Of a stretch of DNA of 64,000 nt, positions 28,139 through 37,357 are shown piece after piece; positions within the stretch are counted from its first letter, which is position 1, and each line of letters starts with the position of its first letter. The notes under the pieces were generated by a model. The model worked only from the letters and a program-made list of their open reading frames with translations. It did no database searches and was not told where the DNA came from. The position numbers and the translations under genes are program-made. Source of the stretch: an uncultured Candidatus Peribacteria bacterium (lineage in GTDB: Bacteria > Patescibacteriota > Gracilibacteria > RBG-16-42-10); NCBI GenBank assembly GCA_964514565.1, contig CAZERA010000003.1, forward strand, positions 25,221 to 89,220, given 5' to 3'.

Positions 28139-29365
28139 ATGGATGGGGCTAATAGAGAGGTGGTACTAGCTGCTTCAAATCAACACAAACGGGAGTTTTT
28201 AGAGCCTGAGGAATCTGGTGTACATGATCTCAAGGAGCTTGTCTCAGATCAGTTGGAGATTGGTACTTTGCGTCAGCTGACCAGCGCTATTATTCAAGGG
28301 TTTGATTATGATCGTCTAGCTCGGAATTTCTCTGTAGAAGAGTGGGTGATTGGAGATCTGAAGGAACAGATATCAATGCTCGGTCATACGTTACGTATTC
28401 ACAATGCTTTACGTAATAATACTGCTCAATGTTTAGCAATCAGTAGTAAGTTGGTGGCTATTTTGACCCAATATCAAGTCATGTTGCGCTCAACTGGAAT
28501 GTTGAAGCTAGTCGATAGTAGCCAATTGGCTCATGAAATTACTATTTGTTCAATCCCTGATTTCAATGGTGTTCGATCTCAATTGTCTCAGTGTGTGCAG
28601 CTGGCGAGATCTTTTCGAACTGATGCACATTTTGTTGAGGTTCAGGCTTCTGAACTAATGGAAGTTCTGGATGATCTCCAAAGTGGTCAAGCAGTGTCTT
28701 CACTTGATCAACCGGTAGGAGTGGTTGCTAATGATAGAATGCTTCAGTCGATTACAAATGGTGTTTGGGGAGCATATAACTCCCTACCTTCACATGATTT
28801 TGGTCTGGATCCCAAAAAGAGTACTGATACTAAAGCTCTCGCTCTTGGCAAGCAGGAATGGCATGACAGTACCAACTCCTTGAGTGCAGATGTTTTAAGC
28901 AAACTGCAGGAGCAGATCCAGTCTCTTTGTCCGGCGCGGTTTCGTAAAATTGTGGAAAGGATTGTGTTTATGAATCTGATGCCGGAATCATCTTCTTTAG
29001 GTTGGCATAAAGCTGGTAGCTACCTTTTAGATGTAGTTAGTGGTTTGGCTTCTATTCGAATCAACCTTGTGCCATTCAAAGATAAACCAGAGCAGATCTT
29101 GGGTGTGATTGTGCATGAGATTGGCCATGCTGGTCATGATTCTTTTCCTGTATTGCTGCTGAAGATTTGGTATGATGCAATCGAACAAGAACGTAGTTTA
29201 GATGTGACTCCTTATGTAGCTAAAGTCCGAAAAAATAAGCCAGATCATCTTGATGCGGAAGATTTTGCTGAGTCATTTCGGTTGTTTTGTTTGGAGCCAG
29301 ATCAGCTCAAGTCTTTGTCGCCGTTACGATACCAAGCAATGCTTACAATCTGTACACAACTTTGA
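28139..29365 (+). CDS. Hypothetical protein with a zinc-metalloprotease-like C-terminal module
   Basis: VIVHEIGHAGHD (HExxH) is followed ~55 aa later by AEDFAESFRLF, a pattern I associate with ATLF or minimal gluzincin-type proteases. The N-terminal 300 aa have no recognisable motif. Confidence 0.45.
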   Translation: MDGANREVVLAASNQHKREFLEPEESGVHDLKELVSDQLEIGTLRQLTSAIIQGFDYDRLARNFSVEEWVIGDLKEQISMLGHTLRIHNALRNNTAQCLAISSKLVAILTQYQVMLRSTGMLKLVDSSQLAHEITICSIPDFNGVRSQLSQCVQLARSFRTDAHFVEVQASELMEVLDDLQSGQAVSSLDQPVGVVANDRMLQSITNGVWGAYNSLPSHDFGLDPKKSTDTKALALGKQEWHDSTNSLSADVLSKLQEQIQSLCPARFRKIVERIVFMNLMPESSSLGWHKAGSYLLDVVSGLASIRINLVPFKDKPEQILGVIVHEIGHAGHDSFPVLLLKIWYDAIEQERSLDVTPYVAKVRKNKPDHLDAEDFAESFRLFCLEPDQLKSLSPLRYQAMLTICTQL

Positions 29366-29371
29366 TCGTGT

Positions 29372-30004
29372 TTACCCTGCCAAGTAAATCAGCGCGGTAA
29401 TCGCATCTACTGGTTTACTGATGATATAACTGATGATTGGAAATCCAATGAAGTTGCTGAGGATGATCGTGGCAAATAAAATTGGTGGACCATTGGTTTC
29501 TAACCACTCGCTGATGCCAATTCCTCTTTGACCTAAAGCTAGAAAAAGTAATTTTGAACCATCTAAAGGTGGGATTGGGATGAGGTTGAAGATCATTAGG
29601 ACAATGTTGATCGATACCGTAATGGCTAAGGTAGTAATCACAAAAGTACTGCCTGGTCCCTGCCAAAGAGGTAATAAGTGTTTTACAGGAATAGCTAATA
29701 TTGCTGCGGTAAGGAAGTTGGAAGTGGGTCCCGCTAGCGCGATCAAGGCATTGTCTCGCAAAGGATGATTGAGATTCTGACTATTCACTGGGACTGGTTT
29801 ACCCCAGCCGAAGTGAACTAGTAATAAAGTAATTGTGCCTAAAGGATCTAGATGACGAAGAGGATTGAGGCTTAGTCTGCCGGCGTGTTTTGCCGTAGGG
29901 TCACCAAGTAAATTGGCAACCCAAGCATGGGCACATTCGTGCACACTGATCGCGATCAAAAAGCCGATGATGACGCTGATGATATCTGTAAGGCCAAAGC
30001 TCAT
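29372..30004 (-). CDS. Site-2 protease family (peptidase M50) membrane metalloprotease
   Basis: VHECAHAWVANLLGDPTAKHAGRLSLNPLRHLDPLGT and a later NLIPIPPLDGSK are the conserved M50 motifs. The protein is polytopic and hydrophobic. Confidence 0.8.
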   Translation of the reverse strand: MSFGLTDIISVIIGFLIAISVHECAHAWVANLLGDPTAKHAGRLSLNPLRHLDPLGTITLLLVHFGWGKPVPVNSQNLNHPLRDNALIALAGPTSNFLTAAILAIPVKHLLPLWQGPGSTFVITTLAITVSINIVLMIFNLIPIPPLDGSKLLFLALGQRGIGISEWLETNGPPILFATIILSNFIGFPIISYIISKPVDAITALIYLAG

Positions 30005-30057
30005 GACAAAAGAGATAACAAAATAAAACTGCTTACCTTCTTACTATACTACAAAGT

Positions 30058-31584
30058 TTAAATCTCTCGTATTACTCGTATCTTGGCGCCAAGGCTATTG
30101 AGTCTTTCCGCAATTTCTTCATATCCACGATTGATCGAGTAGACATTGCGCAAGATTGATTTGCCTGGTGCTGCCAACATCGCAATCAGTACAATCATGG
30201 CTGGACGTAGGGCTGGAGGACAGACTAGTTGTGTGGCTTTGAATGGAGTGGGTCCTTCAATAAAGACACGATGCGGATCAGCTAGAATAATTTGTGCACC
30301 TAGTTTAGTGAGCTCCATAAAGTAAATCGCCCGGTTCTCATATGTCCAGTCGTGAATCAATGTGGTGCCTTTTGCTTGAGCTACGATTGGTACAAAGAAA
30401 GGAAGATTGTCTTGGTTGATACCAGGATAGGGGAGCGCGTGAAGCTTTTCTTCTGGTGCTTTGAGCTGAGAAGGGAATACCTCGATATCTACTAACTTGG
30501 TGAAGCCATTTTTGGAGAGATATTCTTTGGAACGTTTGAATTTCAGGCCCATCTTTTTGAGCTTGTAAAGTTCGAGTTCCAAGAAATCAATTGGACATCG
30601 GCGAATGGTGATTTGAGAATTGGTAGTAATTGCGGCACTCAAGAACATCATTGATTCAATTGGGTCTTCGCTATTGTAGTATTCTACTTTCTTGTTGATT
30701 TCTTTGACACCTTCGATCGTAATCGTACCAGTACCGATACCGTCTACTTTCACTCCCAATGTTTGGAGGAAGTGGCATGTTTCTTGCACCATGTAGTTAG
30801 CTGTAGCAAATTTGATCACTGTTTTGCCTGGAATCTTCGCGGCAGCAATTACAAGATTTTCACAAGCAGTATCTCCTGCTTCATACATTACTACTGTAGC
30901 TGGTTTGAGCTTTTTAATGGTGACGTCATAACTATTGGTAGTGACCTTGGTTTTTACGCCCATCTCTTCGAGGCCAAATAAATGTGCACTGACAGTTCTT
31001 TTACCCAGCTTGCAACCAGAAGCGTGTGGTAGACTAAAGCTTTTGAAAAGATGGATGAGTGGTCCCATCAACATGATTACTGAACGAGTCTTGATTGCTG
31101 AGCTCTTATTGATCTTCTCCCATTGGATCACTGCTGGAGGAGTAATTTCTAATGTATTCTTTGCTGTCCATTTTGTTTGCACGCCAATACTATTGAGTAC
31201 CTCAAGCATTCTATTCACTTCTTCGATTCGGGGAATGTTGTGAAGGGTGGTGACATTTCGGTTGAGTAAAGCAGCACACAATAATCCCATTGCGCCATTT
31301 TTTGAGGCATTCGTTGTGATCTCCCCATGGAGCTTTTGACCGCCTTCGATTTCAAAGTCGATAGAATCTTCAGCGAGACTGACAATTTTGTGATTGAGCG
31401 CTTTGCTGATTCTGCTGAGCATTTCCGTAGTCAGATTCTGTTCACCCTTTTCCATTCGAGCGACAGCGCTCTGACTGCTGGCGATACGTACAGCAAACTC
31501 TTCCTGAGTCAGTCCACGTAGCTCTCGTAGCTCTTTAATAAAAGTGCCAATTTTCAGTTGTTCTTTCTCCAAAGTGATAGACAT
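30058..31584 (-). CDS. murA: UDP-N-acetylglucosamine 1-carboxyvinyltransferase (MurA) fused to an N-terminal XRE-type HTH domain
   Basis: Residues ~10-70 read IKELRELRGLTQEEFAVRIASSQSAVARMEKGEQNLTTEMLSRISKAL, which is Cro/C1-type. The rest carries MurA motifs: GGQKLHGEITTNASKNGAMGLLCAALL and the Cys loop HASGCKLGKRTV. Confidence 0.85.
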   Translation of the reverse strand: MSITLEKEQLKIGTFIKELRELRGLTQEEFAVRIASSQSAVARMEKGEQNLTTEMLSRISKALNHKIVSLAEDSIDFEIEGGQKLHGEITTNASKNGAMGLLCAALLNRNVTTLHNIPRIEEVNRMLEVLNSIGVQTKWTAKNTLEITPPAVIQWEKINKSSAIKTRSVIMLMGPLIHLFKSFSLPHASGCKLGKRTVSAHLFGLEEMGVKTKVTTNSYDVTIKKLKPATVVMYEAGDTACENLVIAAAKIPGKTVIKFATANYMVQETCHFLQTLGVKVDGIGTGTITIEGVKEINKKVEYYNSEDPIESMMFLSAAITTNSQITIRRCPIDFLELELYKLKKMGLKFKRSKEYLSKNGFTKLVDIEVFPSQLKAPEEKLHALPYPGINQDNLPFFVPIVAQAKGTTLIHDWTYENRAIYFMELTKLGAQIILADPHRVFIEGPTPFKATQLVCPPALRPAMIVLIAMLAAPGKSILRNVYSINRGYEEIAERLNSLGAKIRVIREI

Positions 31585-31677
31585 GAAAAATAGTTAAGAC
31601 GATATTTATATATCATATGTGATATTATTTCTTCAAGCGAAGATGCTGTATGGTGATGACAGTTAAATCTTTTTATC

Positions 31678-31881
31678 ATGGAATGTAATATTGGTATTAA
31701 ACACAAGATTAGCCGAGCGGTGACTGGTTTTATTCTCAATGCTCTTTTGATTTTCTTCCAAGCGTCTTTACCACTGTGGCTTTTCTGGGTAGGTGTAGTA
31801 GTAAGCTATGTGGTGATCTTTCAAGGTGTAGTAGGTGTTTGCTACTTTTACGCAATGTTGGGTATTAAAAGAATGAACTAG
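31678..31881 (+). CDS. Small membrane protein, DUF2892 (YgaP-like) family
   Basis: 67 aa. The pattern N.G...+..R...G..L followed by two hydrophobic helices ending GVCYFYAMLGI matches the DUF2892 consensus. Confidence 0.55.
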   Translation: MECNIGIKHKISRAVTGFILNALLIFFQASLPLWLFWVGVVVSYVVIFQGVVGVCYFYAMLGIKRMN

Positions 31882-31966
31882 AGTCGAGGTTTTGTATGAT
31901 AAGTAATGTTAAAAACTTCTTCAGTCCACAACCTCTGCCCTAGCACCTTTGACCTCTGACCTAAAA

Positions 31967-31994
31967 TTGACTTTCTTGTTTGCAAGAGTATATT
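31967..31994 (+). promoter_or_regulatory. Candidate sigma-70 promoter for the RRM protein gene (TTGACT, 16 nt spacer, TATATT)
   Basis: Near-consensus -35 and -10 hexamers about 90 nt upstream of the GTG start at 32082. Confidence 0.35.
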
Positions 31995-32081
31995 TACCCA
32001 CGGTTTGTGTACGTTCACCAAGGTTTCTTTTAAGGGTCTGCGGTGTAGAACTCAAGCCGCATATCTTTAACCCATTATGCT

Positions 32082-32384
32082 GTGTCTAACGTTTCTGATT
32101 CAGGTTCAAATGGCAAGAAATTGTTTGTAGGTGGACTTCCTTACAGTATGACTGCTGAGCAAGTTCAAGAGCTCTTTACAGATGCTCAAGATCTTAATCT
32201 TGCAGTAAGTTCTGTATATCTTCCAGTAGATCGTATGCAAGGCAATCGCCCTCGTGGCTTTGGCTTCGTAGAATACGTAACTGCTGAAGATGCTCAAAAG
32301 GCTATTGCTAAATTCAATGGCTTTGATGTTCAAGGTCGCAAATTGACTGTGAACGAAGCACGTCCTCAACAGGATCGTAATTAA
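32082..32384 (+). CDS. RNA-binding protein with an RRM domain (RNP-1/RNP-2)
   Basis: KLFVGGLPY (RNP-2) and RGFGFVEY (RNP-1). 100 aa with a GTG start. Confidence 0.85.
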   Translation: MSNVSDSGSNGKKLFVGGLPYSMTAEQVQELFTDAQDLNLAVSSVYLPVDRMQGNRPRGFGFVEYVTAEDAQKAIAKFNGFDVQGRKLTVNEARPQQDRN

Positions 32385-32396
32385 TTTAGCTATTCA

Positions 32397-32453
32397 CTAG
32401 TAAGTCAGCTTGCTTTTTGTGAGCTGACTTACTAGAATCTGTCCGTCTTTTTT
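32397..32453 (+). terminator. Rho-independent terminator after the RRM gene
   Basis: Perfect 14-bp stem (ctagtaagtcagct / agctgacttactag) with an 11-nt loop and a downstream T-rich run (gtcttttttat). Confidence 0.7.
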
Positions 32454-32468
32454 ATAAAGTATATTATT

Positions 32469-32663
32469 ATGGCTCGACGTTGTGATTTGACTGGTAAACA
32501 ACCCAGTGTAGGAAATAATCGCCCGTTCTCACTCAAGGCTACAAGACGTCGTTTCCTGCCAAATTTGCAGAAACGTCGTATCCAAATTGGTCCTGGTCAA
32601 TATATTACCCTCAAGGTGTCTACTAAAGCATTGCGTACTTTGACCAAAGACTTGGTAAAGTAA
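32469..32663 (+). CDS. rpmB: 50S ribosomal protein L28
   Basis: MARRCDLTGKQPSVGNNRPFSLKATRRRFLPNLQKRRI is the canonical L28 sequence. Confidence 0.9.
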   Translation: MARRCDLTGKQPSVGNNRPFSLKATRRRFLPNLQKRRIQIGPGQYITLKVSTKALRTLTKDLVK

Positions 32664-32669
32664 GCTTTT

Positions 32670-34256
32670 GTGAAAGCATTACTTTCTCTAGGTGGTGAAG
32701 TCGGTTATGTGCTCAGTAGTGATTTTGTAGAAGGAATTGTTGTTCGTGTGGTCAATACGGAGGCGATGGCGCTCTTGCGCATTGGTCAATTACTCATTAT
32801 CGAAGCTGATAATGGTGAATTGATTTTTGCGCAGGTCGCCAATTTGCGTACTGATTGGTTTCCCGAGCTCAAGGATCAACCTCGACCGCTGACCGTCCCT
32901 CGCGATAGTCGGCTTCTACAAGATGTCTTTATCCAAAAAGAGATCACACTCAAAGCGATGAAGGCCTATCGTGACGGTACATTGATGGCTGTGCGTTCTT
33001 TGGCTATGCCGGGTGCTCGGGTACGTTTTGCTACTGATGAAGACATTGCTCTTATTTATGGTCCTCGTGATGACGAACATATTTACCTGGGTGAACCATT
33101 AGAAATGGAGACACCGATTGTGATTCCTACCAAGGAGTTCATTGAACGAAGTAATGGTATTTTCGGTAAATCTGGTACTGGTAAGTCATTCCTGGCTCGA
33201 ATTGTTTTAGCTGAGCTGATCAGGATGAAGAAAGTCGCTACTCTGATTTTTGATATGCACAGCGAGTACGGCTGGGAAACAACTAGTGAACAAGGTGTTG
33301 GTAAAGTGAAAGGTTTGCGGCAGCTTTTCCCTAGCCAAGTATTGATTTTTGCTTTGGATGAGAATGCCTCAAAGGCTAGGGGAGTAAAACCGGATTATAT
33401 TTTGCATATTCCACAAGAAATGATCACGGTTACTGATATTGCTTTATTGGCTGAAGAACTAGATTTGTCTCAAGCAATGCTCGACGCTTTGGAAGTAATG
33501 ACCAAGAGAATGGGTAAGGATTGGTTGAAGCAAATTGCTGAGCTCAATCCAATGGATATCAAGAATCAAGCGGAATACTTTGGGGTGATGGAAGGGACTT
33601 TGCAAGCTTTATACCGCAAGCTCAACCGAGTCGCTTCTTTGCCATTTTTGCAAAGTGAGAATGCTACTTCTTGGGATCAGCTAGTTGGGGCACTTGAACA
33701 AGGTAAGAGTGTGGTGTTGGAATTTGGTCACTACAATTCGTTGATGACTTATATGTTGGTATCTAATATCCTCACTCGTCATATCCATCGTCACTATGTG
33801 CGCGCTACTGAGAAGTTTTTACAATCAGGTGATATTCGAGACAAAGTGACTCCACTGATGATCGTGATTGAAGAAGCACATAAATTTTTGCAAGGTAGAG
33901 TAGCTCGCAATACTACGTTTGGTACTATTGCTCGTGAGATGCGTAAGTTCTCAGTTACGCTACTAGTAATCGATCAGCGACCATCTTCAATCGATCGGGA
34001 GATTCTATCTCAGCTTGGTACTAGAATTGTGGCCATGCTCAATGATCCTGATGATATTGAAGCGGTCTTTACTGGTGTAGCTGATAAACAACTTTTGCGT
34101 TATTGGTTGGCTACTTTGGACAGCAAGAAACAAGTATTGCTTTTGGGTCATGCTGTGCCGATTCCTACTATGGTACGAGTACGTAATTATGATGAAGAGT
34201 TTTACCGCGCCATGCGAAGTGGTGATGACGCAACTGTAGAAGAACTTTTTGGCTAG
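32670..34256 (+). CDS. HerA-like (DUF87) P-loop ATPase
   Basis: N-terminal barrel-like region, Walker A GIFGKSGTGKSF, Walker B-like LMIVIEEAHKF, and LLVIDQRPSSIDREILSQLGTRIVAMLNDPDD typical of HerA/FtsK-class ATPases. GTG start. Confidence 0.65.
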   Translation: MKALLSLGGEVGYVLSSDFVEGIVVRVVNTEAMALLRIGQLLIIEADNGELIFAQVANLRTDWFPELKDQPRPLTVPRDSRLLQDVFIQKEITLKAMKAYRDGTLMAVRSLAMPGARVRFATDEDIALIYGPRDDEHIYLGEPLEMETPIVIPTKEFIERSNGIFGKSGTGKSFLARIVLAELIRMKKVATLIFDMHSEYGWETTSEQGVGKVKGLRQLFPSQVLIFALDENASKARGVKPDYILHIPQEMITVTDIALLAEELDLSQAMLDALEVMTKRMGKDWLKQIAELNPMDIKNQAEYFGVMEGTLQALYRKLNRVASLPFLQSENATSWDQLVGALEQGKSVVLEFGHYNSLMTYMLVSNILTRHIHRHYVRATEKFLQSGDIRDKVTPLMIVIEEAHKFLQGRVARNTTFGTIAREMRKFSVTLLVIDQRPSSIDREILSQLGTRIVAMLNDPDDIEAVFTGVADKQLLRYWLATLDSKKQVLLLGHAVPIPTMVRVRNYDEEFYRAMRSGDDATVEELFG

Positions 34257-34304
34257 GAGGGGGAAGGGGGATATGCTAACCTGTCGGTATATTGAGTTGT
34301 TTAT

Positions 34305-34751
34305 ATGTACCGTCAGAATGTAGCTGCTGTAGTGATCAATCATGATAAGAAAGTGCTGATTTGTAAGCGCAATGTTCCTCAGGATCATTGGCAATTTCCC
34401 CAAGGTGGAGTTGAGGAAACTGAAAGTGAAGAACAGGGCTTGTTGCGTGAATTGCAAGAAGAACTGGGGTCTACTAAATTTTCTTTGTTGTACAAATCAG
34501 AGCATTTGTATCGTTTTGATTGGCCCAAAAATCAGCTACGAAATGATGGTTTGATCGGTCAAGAGCAGCGTTATTATTTGGTGTTGTTTTGGGGAGCTGA
34601 TAGTGAAATTACATTGGAACAGCGCTCGCTAACTGATTTTATGTGGGTGGATTGGGATGTGGTCTTGGATAAGATCTTTCCTACCCGTCGTAAGATTTAT
34701 GAAGCAGTGCTTCAAGAATTTAATCCTGTCATTAAAGTTGCATCAACATGA
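34305..34751 (+). CDS. NUDIX hydrolase (RppH-like)
   Basis: Nudix box GGVEETESEEQGLLRELQEELG. 148 aa. Confidence 0.75.
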   Translation: MYRQNVAAVVINHDKKVLICKRNVPQDHWQFPQGGVEETESEEQGLLRELQEELGSTKFSLLYKSEHLYRFDWPKNQLRNDGLIGQEQRYYLVLFWGADSEITLEQRSLTDFMWVDWDVVLDKIFPTRRKIYEAVLQEFNPVIKVAST

Positions 34752-37210
34752 AAAGAAAGATCAGAGATCAAAGATCAGAGAGCAGAGATTTTTCGCTCTT
34801 TAGTTTCACTTTTGTTAGCAGTAGGTTTGTTGTTGGTCTGTGTGCAGTTGCGATTTTATTCTCTACCAGTATTCATTTAGTACAAGCTGCTGATAGTTTT
34901 CCTGATGTTTCGGCTGATTATCAGTATGGGCAGAGTATTCAGGTGCTCAAGGACCGGCATATAGTGCAAGGGTTTCCTGATGGTACTTTTGGACCTGATC
35001 GGTTGATTACTCGGGCTGAGTTACTCAAGATTGCTTTGGAAGGAGCTGGTGTTGCTACTGCTGATTGGTCTCACAAGACTTCTCTGTTTCCGGATGTGTC
35101 AGATACGCATAGTTTGAGACAATATGTGCTTTATGCTCGTGAAAAAAACATTGTGGGTGGTTATCCAGATGGTACGTATCGTCCTGATGACCCTACTACT
35201 CGAGGGGAGGCAATTAAGATGTTGCTTAATATCAATAATGTGACTACATCTAGTGGTAGTGCCTTTACTTGGCATTATCAAGATGTGGATGATGCTGATC
35301 CTTTGGCTCGTTTTGTTTATGCTGCACGAGATCAGAAAGTGGTACCTAATAAATATAAGTCTACCGATGTCGGTATTGGAGAAAAGATTACGCGTGGTGA
35401 GGTCGCAGAAATGATGTATCGTTTGCTGATCTTGAGAGAACAACATCTCACCCAGTTTCCTGAGGTGATTCAGGATATCAATATAGTGACCGGGGCATAT
35501 CCTACTACCACATTTACCAATGTGACCTTGCAATCTACTTTGCCCAAAACCATGGTAGCTCATACATATTATGCAATTAACGCTACTACTACAGCTAGTA
35601 TGGTGAAGTTGTTGTTACAAAATGAAGCTGGTAAACAGTGGCTTTGGGAATATAAACCAGATCAAGGTCAAGTGCGTTTTGACTTACAATTTCCTGATGC
35701 CGGTACCTACAAAGTAGCGATCATTGCTGACAATGTGACCAAAGCATCTTCAGTACCAGTAGCAGTGCGTAATAGTTGGAATGAAGCCCTTACTGACCCA
35801 CTACCTGCTTTGACCAATCCTCAGTTTGCGACGGCTGAAAGCAATATTACTGGATTAAGCTGGGCTGGTGCCGGACAAAATAGTGTAGTGAAATTAAATT
35901 GTACGCAAAATGGCAAAAGTGTAGAGCGCTTTATTGTTAGTCCCGATCAAAAGTGGCAACTAGATTATCAGATGTTTACTGGTTTTAGTGAAGGCTCCAT
36001 TTCATGTCAGTTGTCACAATCTCAATCTACTTCTAGTTTTAGTTTAGCCAAAAAGTGGAGTGCTGCTGCTAGCTGGTCCTTTGATGCCATTCAGCATCAC
36101 TTTCGTACTTGGCTCAAAAGTAATATTAGTGTAGATACTTTGCCACTCTTTACCCGAGCGACTCAGATTACCTTTACTGGCAAAGCCAGTATTCCATTAT
36201 CTAATTTTGCTGCGGTGATCAGTCCTGATGGTTCAGTAAAAGTATTTCCACTAGGAGAGCCTGATAGCCAGACATTTGCTTCCAATCGTCCTTGGTCATT
36301 GCCAGTTGATTTGAGCAAAGATGGTATTTACTATTTGGAGATCAATGACACTCAAGGAATCGCGGTGCTCAATACTCCTATTTATAAAGTGACTGGTATT
36401 CCAGTGCTACCTGACTTTGTGGATATGCAATCAGGTTTAGTAATTGATCAAAAGAGTACTATCAGTGCTCAGCAGCTAACTGCGATGACCGAAGACCTGG
36501 TGCGCAGAATCAATGTAGTACGTTCAGGACAAGGTAAGAGTCCTGTTGTATTGGACAGTGCTCTGAGCACTTTTGCTCAGGCCCATGCAGACGATATGGT
36601 CGCACAAGGGTACTTCTCTCACAGAGATAAAAGTGGCAGAGGCCCAGATGAACGCAAAGCAGCCTTCAATATTTTACAGCCTGTAGGGGAGAACATTGCT
36701 TTTACGGTAGATATTCCAGATATCGATGCTGGTCTACAACGCAGCGCCGTGCATCTACTCAACATGCTTGATTCCCGTTGGTCACGAGTGGGTATTGGTT
36801 TGGCTAGATCAAAGGATGGATTACTGTATGCAGTAGAAGAATTTTCTACGCGTTCTTTTATCAACAATCCTTTTACTGATACAGAGAAAGAACAGTTGGC
36901 TCAGCGTACTTTAGAGAGAATCAATGTCAATCGTCAGTCAGCAGGTTTGGGGGCTTTGACTCGTGGTACTGAATTCAGAGCTGCTATGCAAAGTTGGGTA
37001 ACCTCTCCTCGTAGTGTGAACTTACGATCAGCTCTACTTGATGCTGGTTTGGTGCAAGGGCGTTTATTGAGTTCTGAAGGGGATTACTCAGCAAATCTAC
37101 CTGCAGAGCTGGCATTACAAGCAGCTGTATCTGAGACTGCTATTACCAAGATGGATATGGTGACGGCGTTTGAGGGGGAGAAAATGTTAGTTTCGGTGTT
37201 ACTTTACTAA
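34748..37210 (+). CDS. Secreted envelope protein with N-terminal SLH repeats and a C-terminal CAP/SCP (PR-1-like) domain
   Basis: SLH repeats are FPDVSADYQYGQSIQVLKDRHIVQGFPDGTFGPDRLITRAELLKIAL and FPDVSDTHSLRQYVLYAREKNIVGGYPDGTYRPDDPTTRGEAIKMLL. The CAP-like module reads HADDMVAQGYFSHRDKSGRGPDER...GENIAF...W..S..H..NML. Its start overlaps the preceding gene (ATGA). Confidence 0.8.
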   Translation: MKRKIRDQRSESRDFSLFSFTFVSSRFVVGLCAVAILFSTSIHLVQAADSFPDVSADYQYGQSIQVLKDRHIVQGFPDGTFGPDRLITRAELLKIALEGAGVATADWSHKTSLFPDVSDTHSLRQYVLYAREKNIVGGYPDGTYRPDDPTTRGEAIKMLLNINNVTTSSGSAFTWHYQDVDDADPLARFVYAARDQKVVPNKYKSTDVGIGEKITRGEVAEMMYRLLILREQHLTQFPEVIQDINIVTGAYPTTTFTNVTLQSTLPKTMVAHTYYAINATTTASMVKLLLQNEAGKQWLWEYKPDQGQVRFDLQFPDAGTYKVAIIADNVTKASSVPVAVRNSWNEALTDPLPALTNPQFATAESNITGLSWAGAGQNSVVKLNCTQNGKSVERFIVSPDQKWQLDYQMFTGFSEGSISCQLSQSQSTSSFSLAKKWSAAASWSFDAIQHHFRTWLKSNISVDTLPLFTRATQITFTGKASIPLSNFAAVISPDGSVKVFPLGEPDSQTFASNRPWSLPVDLSKDGIYYLEINDTQGIAVLNTPIYKVTGIPVLPDFVDMQSGLVIDQKSTISAQQLTAMTEDLVRRINVVRSGQGKSPVVLDSALSTFAQAHADDMVAQGYFSHRDKSGRGPDERKAAFNILQPVGENIAFTVDIPDIDAGLQRSAVHLLNMLDSRWSRVGIGLARSKDGLLYAVEEFSTRSFINNPFTDTEKEQLAQRTLERINVNRQSAGLGALTRGTEFRAAMQSWVTSPRSVNLRSALLDAGLVQGRLLSSEGDYSANLPAELALQAAVSETAITKMDMVTAFEGEKMLVSVLLY

Positions 37211-37357
37211 AGTAGCTTTGGAGTTAAGAAGTAATAAGTAAGAGTTAAGAAATATATTGGCTTGGGATTTAGCGATAGGAACTCAATTGACTGAATGATT
37301 TAAAATTTAGATTTCAAGATTTAAACATTAAAATTAAACTCGCAACGTAATTACGTC

